DNA from: Deltaproteobacteria bacterium
Lineage (GTDB): Bacteria > UBA10199 > SPLOWO2-01-44-7
Assembly (NCBI GenBank): GCA_030648035.1
Contig: JAUSII010000035.1
Coordinates: forward strand, 15,611 to 79,610
Direction: 5' to 3'
DNA: 64,000 bases
Within the stretch, counting starts at the first letter, position 1. Every line of letters starts with the position of its first letter. The translations under genes and the position numbers were made by a program. The notes below the pieces were generated by a model that was given only the letters and a program-made list of their open reading frames with translations, was not told the DNA's origin and did no database searches. Shown here piece by piece: positions 32,034-40,354 of the stretch.

Positions 32034-33680
32034 TCAGGAAATTTTTTTAAACGGCAGGTAGACAGGCTCCCACATCTTGTCTTTTATTATATTGAGTGGA
32101 GTCTGCTTTGGTGTGGGGGCAAGACCTTCGTGAAGCACCTCTTCAAATACGGCAGTGGCCACTTGAACAGAGACCGAACGGATCTTCTGGATAGGGGGAA
32201 AAATATGTCCCTGTTCCAATTCTGCGCCGGAGACCTGCTTTGAAAGAGCATCCGCCGCCGCCGCAAACATCGTGTCGGTCACTTTTTTAGCCTTCGCCGC
32301 CAAAACACCAAGACCCACCCCCGGAAAAATGAAGGCGTTGTTTCCCTGTCCGATGGTGTAGGTTTTTCCCTCGTATGAAACCGGCGCAAATGGAGAACCG
32401 GTGGCCACAATGGCCTGCCCCCGGCTCCATGCGATCAGGTCTTTGGGAGAGGCCTCCGCTTTGGAGGTCGGATTGGAGAGTGGAAAAATAATAGGTTTCG
32501 GCGTGTTTTGTAGCAGGGCTTCCACCATCGGTTTTGTAAAAGAGCTGGTGGCGCCGGAGAGCCCCAGCAAAACGGTTACTCTCATTTTTTGAATAACCTC
32601 CAACAGCGTGTATCTTTCAGAAAAATTCGCCGCGAAGGGCCGCTTGTAATCTTCCAGATTTTTTTGGGTGGTGGTGATGAGTCCCTTGCTGTCCAGAACA
32701 AATATTCTTTGATGCGCCTCTTCGGGGTTGAGGCCCTCTCTCAACAGTGTGTTATAAATCTGCCCTGCCACGCCGATGCCGCCAGCCCCCGCGCCGTAAA
32801 TGCAAAAAATCTGATCGGTAATTTTTTCGTTTTTAATTTTCACCGCATTCAGCAGGCCGGCTACCGCCACCGCCCCCGTTCCCTGAATGTCGTCATTAAA
32901 AGAGAGAAGATTGTCTCGGTAACGGTTCAAAATATAAAAAGCATTTTGTTTGCTTAAATCTTCCCATTGCACCAGCACTTGAGGGTAGAGTTTTTTGATT
33001 TTCACAACAAAGGTTTCAATAAAATCGGCGTATTCTTTGCCGGTCAGGCGTTTATGCTTCATCCCCAGATAGAGAGGATCTTCCAAAAGTGTCTGGTTGT
33101 CGGTGCCGACATCAAGACTGATCGGCAGACAGGCGGCGGGATCGATGCCGGCGGCCAGTGTGTAGAGTGAGAGTTTGCCGATGGGGATTTCCATTCCGCC
33201 AATACCCTGATCGCCGATCCCCAAAATGCCCTGATTGTCGGTGGCCACAATGAGTTCGATGTTGCGGCTGGGAAGATTTTCAGCCATCTCTTCCATGTAT
33301 CCGATATTTTCGGGTGAAATATAGAGACCGCGCGGTGAGCGATAGATATGACTGTGCAGTTGCACCGCTTCGCCCACCGTCGGTGTGTAAATAATGGGGA
33401 TCACCTCTTCCAGATGTCTGCTCAAAAAAGCGAAAAATAAAACCTCGTTTCTCTCCTGCAGTGCCCTGAGTTGGACATATTTTTCGAGGCTCGTTTTTTT
33501 CTGACTGAAATGTTCGTGAATTCTTGTGATCTGTTCTTCCAGCGTGGCCACGCGCGGCGGCAGAAGCCCTTGCAGCCCAAAAGAAATTCTCTCCTCCAGC
33601 GTGAAGGATGTCCCTTTGTTGAGATAAGAATTTTCCAACAATTGATGGCCATGCAGGGATGTTTCGATCGGTTTTTTCAT
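32034..33680 (-). CDS. maeA: NAD(P)-dependent malic enzyme
   Basis: N-terminal LNKGTSFTLEERISFGLQGLLPP, IYTPTVG, and dinucleotide motif GAGAGGIGVA. ATG 33680 overlaps the korB stop (ATGA). Confidence 0.85.
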   Translation of the reverse strand: MKKPIETSLHGHQLLENSYLNKGTSFTLEERISFGLQGLLPPRVATLEEQITRIHEHFSQKKTSLEKYVQLRALQERNEVLFFAFLSRHLEEVIPIIYTPTVGEAVQLHSHIYRSPRGLYISPENIGYMEEMAENLPSRNIELIVATDNQGILGIGDQGIGGMEIPIGKLSLYTLAAGIDPAACLPISLDVGTDNQTLLEDPLYLGMKHKRLTGKEYADFIETFVVKIKKLYPQVLVQWEDLSKQNAFYILNRYRDNLLSFNDDIQGTGAVAVAGLLNAVKIKNEKITDQIFCIYGAGAGGIGVAGQIYNTLLREGLNPEEAHQRIFVLDSKGLITTTQKNLEDYKRPFAANFSERYTLLEVIQKMRVTVLLGLSGATSSFTKPMVEALLQNTPKPIIFPLSNPTSKAEASPKDLIAWSRGQAIVATGSPFAPVSYEGKTYTIGQGNNAFIFPGVGLGVLAAKAKKVTDTMFAAAADALSKQVSGAELEQGHIFPPIQKIRSVSVQVATAVFEEVLHEGLAPTPKQTPLNIIKDKMWEPVYLPFKKIS

Positions 33681-34453
33681 AAATTTGAATCGTTCTGACG
33701 CCGATAAATAACTCCCAGAGCCCACGGATCTTTGCGCGCGATTTGGAATGCGGCATCTTCATCAGAGACGTCATAATTTTCGGGAAGAAGATGAATTCTT
33801 TTTTCCAAATCTTCCTGAAATTCTTTTCCCTGATAAGTAACACAGACCGAAAGGCAATGCACAAAAGAAAAGCCCGGATAGCGGATCGCTTGCAAGAGCA
33901 TTTCGGTCATGTGTTGCATGTCTCCCGCTTGTGTTCGGGCCACAAAACCGGCACCCGCCGCCAAAACAAAAAGAAGCGGGTTGATCGGTATTTCATCGGC
34001 GCCGATCAACTCTTTTTTCTCCTTAAAAGCCGTCGAAGTGGTCGGCGAAGCTTGCCCCTTGGTCAAACCATAGATGGAATTATCCATGACAAAATAGGTG
34101 ATGTTGATATTGCGTCGCACGGCGTGCGGAATGTGTCCTCCGCCGATGGCGAAGGCATCGCCATCTCCGCCGCAGGCGACCACTGTCAAGTCCGGACGGG
34201 CGGTTTTCAATCCGGTCGCGATTGGCAGGGCCCGGCCATGCACGGTGTTGAATCCGTAGGTGTTGCAGTAACCGGGCAGGCGGCTCGAACAGCCGATGCC
34301 GGAGATGATAGCGATCTCTTCGTTTTTCAGGTTGAGTTTTGCAAAAGCACGGGTGAAACTTTTTAAAACGCCGTAGTCTCCGCAGCCGGCGCACCAGACT
34401 GGGGACATTTCATTGCGGTATTCCATCGGTTTGCGTGCTTGTGTTTGTGTCAT
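33677..34453 (-). CDS. korB: 2-oxoglutarate/2-oxoacid:ferredoxin oxidoreductase beta (TPP) subunit
   Basis: WCAGCGDYG, GIGCSSRLPGY and the TPP motif GGDGDAFAIGGGH...MDN. ATGA overlap with korA. Confidence 0.8.
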   Translation of the reverse strand: MTQTQARKPMEYRNEMSPVWCAGCGDYGVLKSFTRAFAKLNLKNEEIAIISGIGCSSRLPGYCNTYGFNTVHGRALPIATGLKTARPDLTVVACGGDGDAFAIGGGHIPHAVRRNINITYFVMDNSIYGLTKGQASPTTSTAFKEKKELIGADEIPINPLLFVLAAGAGFVARTQAGDMQHMTEMLLQAIRYPGFSFVHCLSVCVTYQGKEFQEDLEKRIHLLPENYDVSDEDAAFQIARKDPWALGVIYRRQNDSNL

Positions 34454-36189
34454 AGGGCTTCTCCTTGGTTAAATGATCGCGATAAATTTTCGGTTTGAAA
34501 AGGGAGGCCGCCCGAACGGCTGATCTGGATAGCCTTTTCATCCAAGACCCCAATTGCTTTAAGATGATGACAAAGTTGCCCCTGAAAGTTCATTTCCCAA
34601 ACAACCACAGATTTTTTTTCGGCCAGAAAATTTTTCAATCCCTTTTGCGGAAAAGGATGCAAAATCTCCGGAATAAAAACGGCATAATCAGGATTTTCTA
34701 AAACCCATTCTCTGGCCACACCGGCGGAGCTTCCCCAGGCAATCAGGGCATGCGTGGCCTTGAGGTTGCCATAAATATGAAACCAGTCTGCGGTGGTCTC
34801 TTTCAATAATTCCATTTTTTTGAAACGCTTGAGGTTCATCTCTTCATGCAGATCGCCATCGGCAGAAGGGCTTCCCTTTTCCGTGTGCTCAATGCCGGCA
34901 ATGCAGTGCATTCCGCCGGACATTCCGGGAAGGGCCGTCGCATTGATCCCGTTTTGGTCGGAGAGAGCTTCCAGATTAAAGCGTTTATAATTTTCATCGA
35001 TGCGCTCAGGGAGCAGTCTTTTGGCGACCGGAAAATGGGATGTGTCGACCGGATCAATCACCTCGGAACGTTGGGCAATGTTGGCATCGGACAAAACAAT
35101 CACCGGCAACTGAAAATTTTCAGCGCAATGGAAAGCGCGAAACAGGGTGCGATAACAATCGCGCACATCGGTCGGAGCCAATACGACGCGCGGAAAATCA
35201 CCATGCCCACCGTAAATAGCGTGCCATAAATCAGACTGCTCGGTGCGCGAGGGGAGGCCGGTGGCCGGTCCCGCTCTTTGACAGTCGACCACCACCACTG
35301 GAATCTCCACCATGCTCGAGAGCCCCAGCAACTCGGTCATCAAAGAGAGTCCCGGTCCGCTGGTGGCGGTCATGGCGGGGATGCCTCCAAAACTGGCACC
35401 AATCACCATCCCCAATGCCGCGATTTCGTCTTCAGCCTGAATCAATCTCCCCCCGACTTTAGGGAGCAGTTCGTACATCGTCTCTAAAATTTCAGAGGAG
35501 GGGGTAATCGGATAGCCGGCGTAGAAACGGCAACCAGCGGCCACAGCGGCATGAGCAGAGGCCTCATTGCCGGTGAAAACCGGTCTCACCATCTCTTGTT
35601 CAATCAAAAGTTTTTCAATCCCCAAATCGTCCTTTTGAAGATAATGATAGCCGATTTCCAACGCGCGCAGATTGGAAGAAACCGTCGCCACCGTTTTATG
35701 GGCGAAAATATCTTGCACGCATTTTTTCCCATGTTCCAAATCCATTTCCAACGCTTTCAAAATAATGCCAAAGACCAAAATATTTTTTGCGATTTCAGGA
35801 AGCTCATTTTTTTCTAAAATTTCGTTAAAGGCGATGGGGATTTGTTGCTGGCTGTTATCCCTGAATATTTTTGGAATATCCTTTTCCTCTGCGCCGTAAA
35901 GAATAATGCATCCTTTTTTGGGTTGGATCTCTTTTTCAAAACGAACCGCATCTGAAAATCGGAAGCAGACGATAAGATCTTTTATTTTGTCGACGGTCCT
36001 CACCGGCTCTGTTCCCAATGTTATGTGTGCTGCCGCTTCTCCGCCGCGTATTTGCGGACCGTAACTCTGCATCATCATGCCGTAGAGACCCATTTGGGCC
36101 GCGGTTTTGAGCAACATGGAGGCAGAACTCATTACGCCATCTCCACCGCTGCCGATCAGGGAAATGTTGAGGGACTGGTTGTTTTTCAT
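34450..36189 (-). CDS. korA: 2-oxoglutarate/2-oxoacid:ferredoxin oxidoreductase alpha subunit (fused gamma-alpha type)
   Basis: IGSGGDGVMS gamma-type N-terminus and YAGYPITPSSEILE alpha motif. ATG 36189 overlaps the rnfB stop (ATGA). The 71 upstream codons of the track ORF lie inside rnfB. Confidence 0.8.
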   Translation of the reverse strand: MKNNQSLNISLIGSGGDGVMSSASMLLKTAAQMGLYGMMMQSYGPQIRGGEAAAHITLGTEPVRTVDKIKDLIVCFRFSDAVRFEKEIQPKKGCIILYGAEEKDIPKIFRDNSQQQIPIAFNEILEKNELPEIAKNILVFGIILKALEMDLEHGKKCVQDIFAHKTVATVSSNLRALEIGYHYLQKDDLGIEKLLIEQEMVRPVFTGNEASAHAAVAAGCRFYAGYPITPSSEILETMYELLPKVGGRLIQAEDEIAALGMVIGASFGGIPAMTATSGPGLSLMTELLGLSSMVEIPVVVVDCQRAGPATGLPSRTEQSDLWHAIYGGHGDFPRVVLAPTDVRDCYRTLFRAFHCAENFQLPVIVLSDANIAQRSEVIDPVDTSHFPVAKRLLPERIDENYKRFNLEALSDQNGINATALPGMSGGMHCIAGIEHTEKGSPSADGDLHEEMNLKRFKKMELLKETTADWFHIYGNLKATHALIAWGSSAGVAREWVLENPDYAVFIPEILHPFPQKGLKNFLAEKKSVVVWEMNFQGQLCHHLKAIGVLDEKAIQISRSGGLPFQTENLSRSFNQGEAL

Positions 36190-37046
36190 ACCGATTCCTT
36201 TCTGGATATTTCCGGCAACGGATTTTGCCCCGGCCGGTGAAGTATAAAAGTGGGACAGACATCGACGCAAATTTCTTTGCATTCCGGACCGAAGGCGACA
36301 CACGCTTTGTGATTGATCAAAATTGTCGTGCCGTTCCAGCCGATCGCTTTGGTTGGACAGGCGTTCACACATTTTTGGCAGGTGGTGCAACCGATGAGGC
36401 ACTTGGCCCGAACAGCCGAGACTTTTTCTTTAGCCACACACGAGAGTTCAATGCGGCGCTGTCGCGGATACATTTCGAGAATATTTTTTGGGCAGACCGC
36501 AATGCAGAGCGCGCATCCCGTACATTTTTGAGAATCGATTTCAACGATTCCCTTGTTGTCGATCTGCATCGCATCAAAAGGACAGGCTCGCACGCAGTCG
36601 GCCAATCCCAAACAGCCGTTTTTGCAGGCCCTCGGTCCGCCAAAAATGAGAGCCGCGCCGGCACAACTGTGAATGCCAAGATACTCTGCCTGATCTTTCA
36701 CATAGGCGGTGGTGCCGTGACAGCGGAGAACGGCAATTCTTTCTTCGACCACCTCCGGCATTTTGCCGGTCAGCTCTGCAACAATTTTTGCCGTGTCTGC
36801 ACCCCCCGGAACACAAAGGCTGGCCGATGTTTCCTTGTTTTCGACTGTGGCTTCAGCATAGGCTTCACAGCCGGCAAAACCGCAGGCGCCGCAATTGGCC
36901 GATGGAAGTTGCGAGCGGACTTTATCAACCGTCGGATTCGATGGAACATAAAAGCGCCTTGCGGTTGCGGCGAGCGCAAATCCGAAAAAAATACCGAGCA
37001 ATGTAAAGACGGCCACTCCCCAAAGCGCCATCGATGTCAGTTCCAT
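36186..37046 (-). CDS. rnfB: Rnf complex subunit B
   Basis: N-terminal TM helix, CGACGFAGCEAYAEA motif and several 4Fe-4S motifs (CLGLADCVRACP, CTGCALCIAVCP, CTTCQKCVNACP, CKEICVDVCP). ATG 37046 is preferred; a GTG at 37094 is also possible. Confidence 0.85.
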   Translation of the reverse strand: MELTSMALWGVAVFTLLGIFFGFALAATARRFYVPSNPTVDKVRSQLPSANCGACGFAGCEAYAEATVENKETSASLCVPGGADTAKIVAELTGKMPEVVEERIAVLRCHGTTAYVKDQAEYLGIHSCAGAALIFGGPRACKNGCLGLADCVRACPFDAMQIDNKGIVEIDSQKCTGCALCIAVCPKNILEMYPRQRRIELSCVAKEKVSAVRAKCLIGCTTCQKCVNACPTKAIGWNGTTILINHKACVAFGPECKEICVDVCPTFILHRPGQNPLPEISRKESV

Positions 37047-37063
37047 AGATTTCCAGTCAAAGT

Positions 37064-37209
37064 GGTTGTGTGAATTATTGATTTGGAAAGGCACACGGCT
37101 CCTGGCGGGTCGGCCCGCCAGGCCCGCTTGGTGTCGGCGATTTTATTTTATATCCCGTTTGATAAAATCGCCTTCCGCAAGCCTTTCCAAATCAATAATT
37201 CACACAACC
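37064..37209. repeat. 146-nt structured element bounded by a perfect 29-bp inverted repeat, in the rnfA-rnfB gap
   Basis: GGTTGTGTGAATTATTGATTTGGAAAGGC (37064-37092) is the exact reverse complement of 37181-37209. The 88-nt interior holds two more perfect hairpins: 9-bp CCTGGCGGG/CCCGCCAGG at 37101-37122, and 11-bp GGCGATTTTAT/ATAAAATCGCC at 37136-37172. Confidence 0.9.
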
Positions 37210-37217
37210 TCCTCGTG

Positions 37218-38051
37218 TTAAATTTTCAAACCCGAAAAGCCCAAAAACGCCAAGGCAAAAAGACCGGCCAAAATAAAAGCAATTGGCAAACCTTTGAAAA
37301 ACGCCGGCACAGGTGCGAGGTCGGCCTTCTCTCTCGCGCAACTCATCAAAAATAGGGCCAGCGCAAATCCAAGACCGGAGCCTATTGCCAGTGCCAATGA
37401 TTCCCAAAAGCCGGTGTTGTTCATGGCGTTGAGCAGGGGGACCGCCAAAATAATGCAATTAGTTGTGATCAAAACAACATAGATGCCGAATTTTTTATGG
37501 AGTGGGCGGTTTATTTTTTTCAACACGGTGTCTGTCATTTGCACCAGAAAAGAGATGATGCCGATGAAGACGATGATCTGGAGAAAATCGAGTTTGAGCG
37601 GCCCCAGCACAAAACGGTTGATAATCCACGCCAACAGTCCCGAAAGAATGCCGACAAAAGTAAAAGTGACCCCCATGCCGATGGCAGTTTCGCGTTTGCG
37701 GCTCACACCAAAAAAAACGCACAGACCCAGATAGCGGGTGAAAACAAAATTCTGCACCAGACAGGCCGTGAGCAAAACGCTGAGAACTGTGCCTACCAAA
37801 GAGGGGGCCATATGCCATTGCATTCCCGTTGGGCGAAGTGTCAGTTGATAAGAGCCGTTTGGATCGAGTGTGGTCTGTGTTGTCAGAAGAATATGTTGTG
37901 GTCTTCCCTGCACACTTTCCGTTTTTGTAATGGCCAGCGGAATATCGGGGTCCTGTTTTGTTTGAAGCCGAAAATCATTTGGGGCGACCGTTAACGGCTG
38001 TGGAAGAATAATTTCTATTTGATGATCGTTTAAAAATTGGGCATCAGACAT
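37218..38051 (-). CDS. rnfA: Rnf complex subunit A with an in-frame N-terminal extension of about 80 aa
   Basis: The C-terminal 197 aa, from M at 37811, form a canonical six-helix RnfA (FTRYLGLCVFFGVSRKRETAIGMG). The frame stays open upstream to ATG 38051, which overlaps the rnfE stop (ATGTCTGA). Confidence 0.8.
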   Translation of the reverse strand: MSDAQFLNDHQIEIILPQPLTVAPNDFRLQTKQDPDIPLAITKTESVQGRPQHILLTTQTTLDPNGSYQLTLRPTGMQWHMAPSLVGTVLSVLLTACLVQNFVFTRYLGLCVFFGVSRKRETAIGMGVTFTFVGILSGLLAWIINRFVLGPLKLDFLQIIVFIGIISFLVQMTDTVLKKINRPLHKKFGIYVVLITTNCIILAVPLLNAMNNTGFWESLALAIGSGLGFALALFLMSCAREKADLAPVPAFFKGLPIAFILAGLFALAFLGFSGLKI

Positions 38052-38664
38052 GGCCGCCTCCCGACTGCGGCAATTTTCCGCCGCGCCAGACATCGATGGC
38101 GTTCATCGCCGCCATCAGAAGACCGATCGTGAAAAATCCGCCGGCTGGAAGAATAAAAAGCAGAATCGGCTTTTCAGTCGTCAGCGGAAATCCCCAAAAA
38201 GTTCCGTTGCCCAGCACCTCTCTAAATGCGCCGATCAACACCATCGCAAACAAAAATCCCAAACCCATTCCCAATCCGTCGATGAGAGAGGGAATCAGCG
38301 GATATTTGGAAGCAAACACCTCGAGGCGTGAAATGATAATGGCAAACGCAACGATCAATTTGATGTAGAGACCCACCTGCGCATAAATAGTCGGAGCCAC
38401 CGCCGCCAGAGTCATGTCAATCACGCTCACCCAGAGGGCAATGATAATCGTGTAAACCGGAATGCGAACCTTGTCATGAATCCATGGTTTGAATAGGGAC
38501 GCGGTGGCACTCGACAAGACCTGCACCGCCAACACGGCGACCCCCATCATCAATCCGTTTTTGACCGAGGTTGTCACGGCCACCGCCGGGCATAAGCTGA
38601 GAGCCAGGCGAAAGACCGGGTTTTCGGCAAAAAATCCGCGCCAGAGAAGTTGTCCGTAGTTCAT
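38044..38664 (-). CDS. rnfE: Rnf complex subunit E
   Basis: 206-aa RnfE/NqrD-type polytopic protein (NPVFRLALSLCPAVAVTTS). ATGA overlap with rnfG. Confidence 0.85.
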   Translation of the reverse strand: MNYGQLLWRGFFAENPVFRLALSLCPAVAVTTSVKNGLMMGVAVLAVQVLSSATASLFKPWIHDKVRIPVYTIIIALWVSVIDMTLAAVAPTIYAQVGLYIKLIVAFAIIISRLEVFASKYPLIPSLIDGLGMGLGFLFAMVLIGAFREVLGNGTFWGFPLTTEKPILLFILPAGGFFTIGLLMAAMNAIDVWRGGKLPQSGGGHV

Positions 38665-39425
38665 GGTTGCACCTGTTTCAATCTCTGCTGTAAATGCAGA
38701 ACGGCTCGCTTCACGCCGTCAGTCAGGGCGCGTGAGCTGATGGTGGCCCCCGTTACGGCGTAAATCGGCCCGTCGTTTTTCACCTCTTTGGGAATCGGTC
38801 CCTTGACCACTTCGAGCGAAGCCAATGTTTCCATTTTTCTGCCGACGAACTGATTTTTGAAAAGGGGCGTTGTAATTTCAGCCCCCAATCCCGGGTCTTC
38901 TTCGTGCGATACCACCTCGACATCATGAATCGTAAAATCGGGGGAGAGGGCCACAAAAAAACGGATGGGACTTTTGAAACCGAACTGCACCGCTTCAGTC
39001 ACATAACCCTGCACCCTGTTTTCTGCATCCTTCGCGACGAAAAAACGTCCCGCGAAATGTCCTCCCGCAAAATTTTTAAGAACCCAATCCTCTTTTTGTT
39101 CGGCAGCTTTGAAATTTTCATCTGCCACTGGGATTGATTTTAAAAGTTTTCCATCCATATTGTAGAAGACAAACTGTCCGGGGAGCCAATAACCGATACT
39201 GCTTTCAGTCTGGTAGCGGCGGATTTCCATAACAGTAGAACCGGTCGAAAGATTCAAAAGCTTCTCAACCAATTCTTGTTCATGTTTCACCGCGTATTTT
39301 CTTTTTACCGGTTCGGTAAAATTGTAGGTCAGCCCCAAAATGATGCTGGCAATCAAACAGGTGGCGGCCAGGCAGAAAACCATGCGTCGTATTTCTACAG
39401 AATCGACAGAGCCCTTGTCGTTCAT
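38661..39425 (-). CDS. rnfG: Rnf complex subunit G (FMN-binding)
   Basis: N-terminal anchor helix and the flavinylation motif VTGATISSRA. ATGA overlaps at both ends. Confidence 0.85.
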   Translation of the reverse strand: MNDKGSVDSVEIRRMVFCLAATCLIASIILGLTYNFTEPVKRKYAVKHEQELVEKLLNLSTGSTVMEIRRYQTESSIGYWLPGQFVFYNMDGKLLKSIPVADENFKAAEQKEDWVLKNFAGGHFAGRFFVAKDAENRVQGYVTEAVQFGFKSPIRFFVALSPDFTIHDVEVVSHEEDPGLGAEITTPLFKNQFVGRKMETLASLEVVKGPIPKEVKNDGPIYAVTGATISSRALTDGVKRAVLHLQQRLKQVQP

Positions 39426-40354
39426 GACGGGCTCCCCTCTGTGGAGGTGCGTTGCGGTTTAAACCAGTGGTTCAAGGCCGGCGTCACTGCGTTCAAAATT
39501 AAAATCGCGTAGCAAATACCTTCGGGATAGCCGCCCCAAAGCCGAATCACGCCTGTTAAAACTCCGATGCAAAATCCAAAAATAATTTGTGCGGTGGGCA
39601 TCAGTGGTGCGGTGACGGTGTCGGTGGCCATGTAGAAGGCGCCAAAAAATAATCCTCCCGACAAAAGATGAAAGAGAGGCACCTTTGAAAAAAGAGAGAT
39701 TGCAAAGAGACCTGCAAGTACAGAAAGGGGGATGGTCAGTTTGATAATTTTTTTCCATACAAGCAGGCTGGCACCCAGCAAAATCAAAACAACAGAGACT
39801 TCGCCGATGGAACCGGAGCGCAGTCCCAAAAAAAGGTGGAGGGGATCGACCGAAACAATTTTATCCATCTTCCAGATATTCAAAGGTGTGGCTTGCGTGA
39901 TGGCATCAAATGGTTTGAGCCATGTGGTGGTCATGGCGAGTGGAAAGGTGGCCATTAAAAAAGCCCTCCCGATAAGCGCCGGGTTGAAAACGTTGAAACC
40001 CAGCCCGCCAAAGAGCATCTTCGCAAAAACAATTCCGAAAAACCCACCCGCAGAGGGCATCCAGATTGGCATTCCGGGTGAGAGGGTCCCAACCAGAAGC
40101 AGTCCGGTCAAGACAGCACTACCATCTTGGAGTGTCTGTTTCTGTTTTCTCAAACGGCAGACGAGCCACTCTCCCAGCGCGGCCCCCACTACACCGCTCA
40201 TCGTCAACAAAAGAACGCGCCATCCGTAGAGATAAATTGCCCAGATAAAAATCGGGACCAAAGAGATATTGACCCACCACATGATTTGCCCTGTGGTGAT
40301 GCCGCTTTGAAGGTGAGGGCCGGGAGAAAGAATGAGAGAGGGATTTTTGTTCAT
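39422..40354 (-). CDS. rnfD: Rnf complex subunit D
   Basis: RnfD/NqrB-type polytopic protein with a C-terminal TGVIRLWGGYPEG-type region. ATG 40354 overlaps the rnfC stop (ATGA). Confidence 0.85.
   Translation of the reverse strand: MNKNPSLILSPGPHLQSGITTGQIMWWVNISLVPIFIWAIYLYGWRVLLLTMSGVVGAALGEWLVCRLRKQKQTLQDGSAVLTGLLLVGTLSPGMPIWMPSAGGFFGIVFAKMLFGGLGFNVFNPALIGRAFLMATFPLAMTTTWLKPFDAITQATPLNIWKMDKIVSVDPLHLFLGLRSGSIGEVSVVLILLGASLLVWKKIIKLTIPLSVLAGLFAISLFSKVPLFHLLSGGLFFGAFYMATDTVTAPLMPTAQIIFGFCIGVLTGVIRLWGGYPEGICYAILILNAVTPALNHWFKPQRTSTEGSPS

Noticed and set aside
36190-36402. 71-codon N-terminal extension of korA
   Set aside because: It lies inside rnfB. ATG 36189 forms an ATGA overlap with the rnfB stop and gives the expected IGSGGDG N-terminus.
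36225-37073. 282-aa plus-strand ORF
   Set aside because: It is antisense to rnfB, which has a clear Fe-S motif series. Its composition is Arg/Gly/Ala-rich and shadow-like.
37101-37122. GC-rich 9-bp hairpin considered as an intrinsic terminator between rnfA and rnfB
   Set aside because: No U-tract follows it on the transcribed (minus) strand. It is better explained as one arm of the larger inverted-repeat element.
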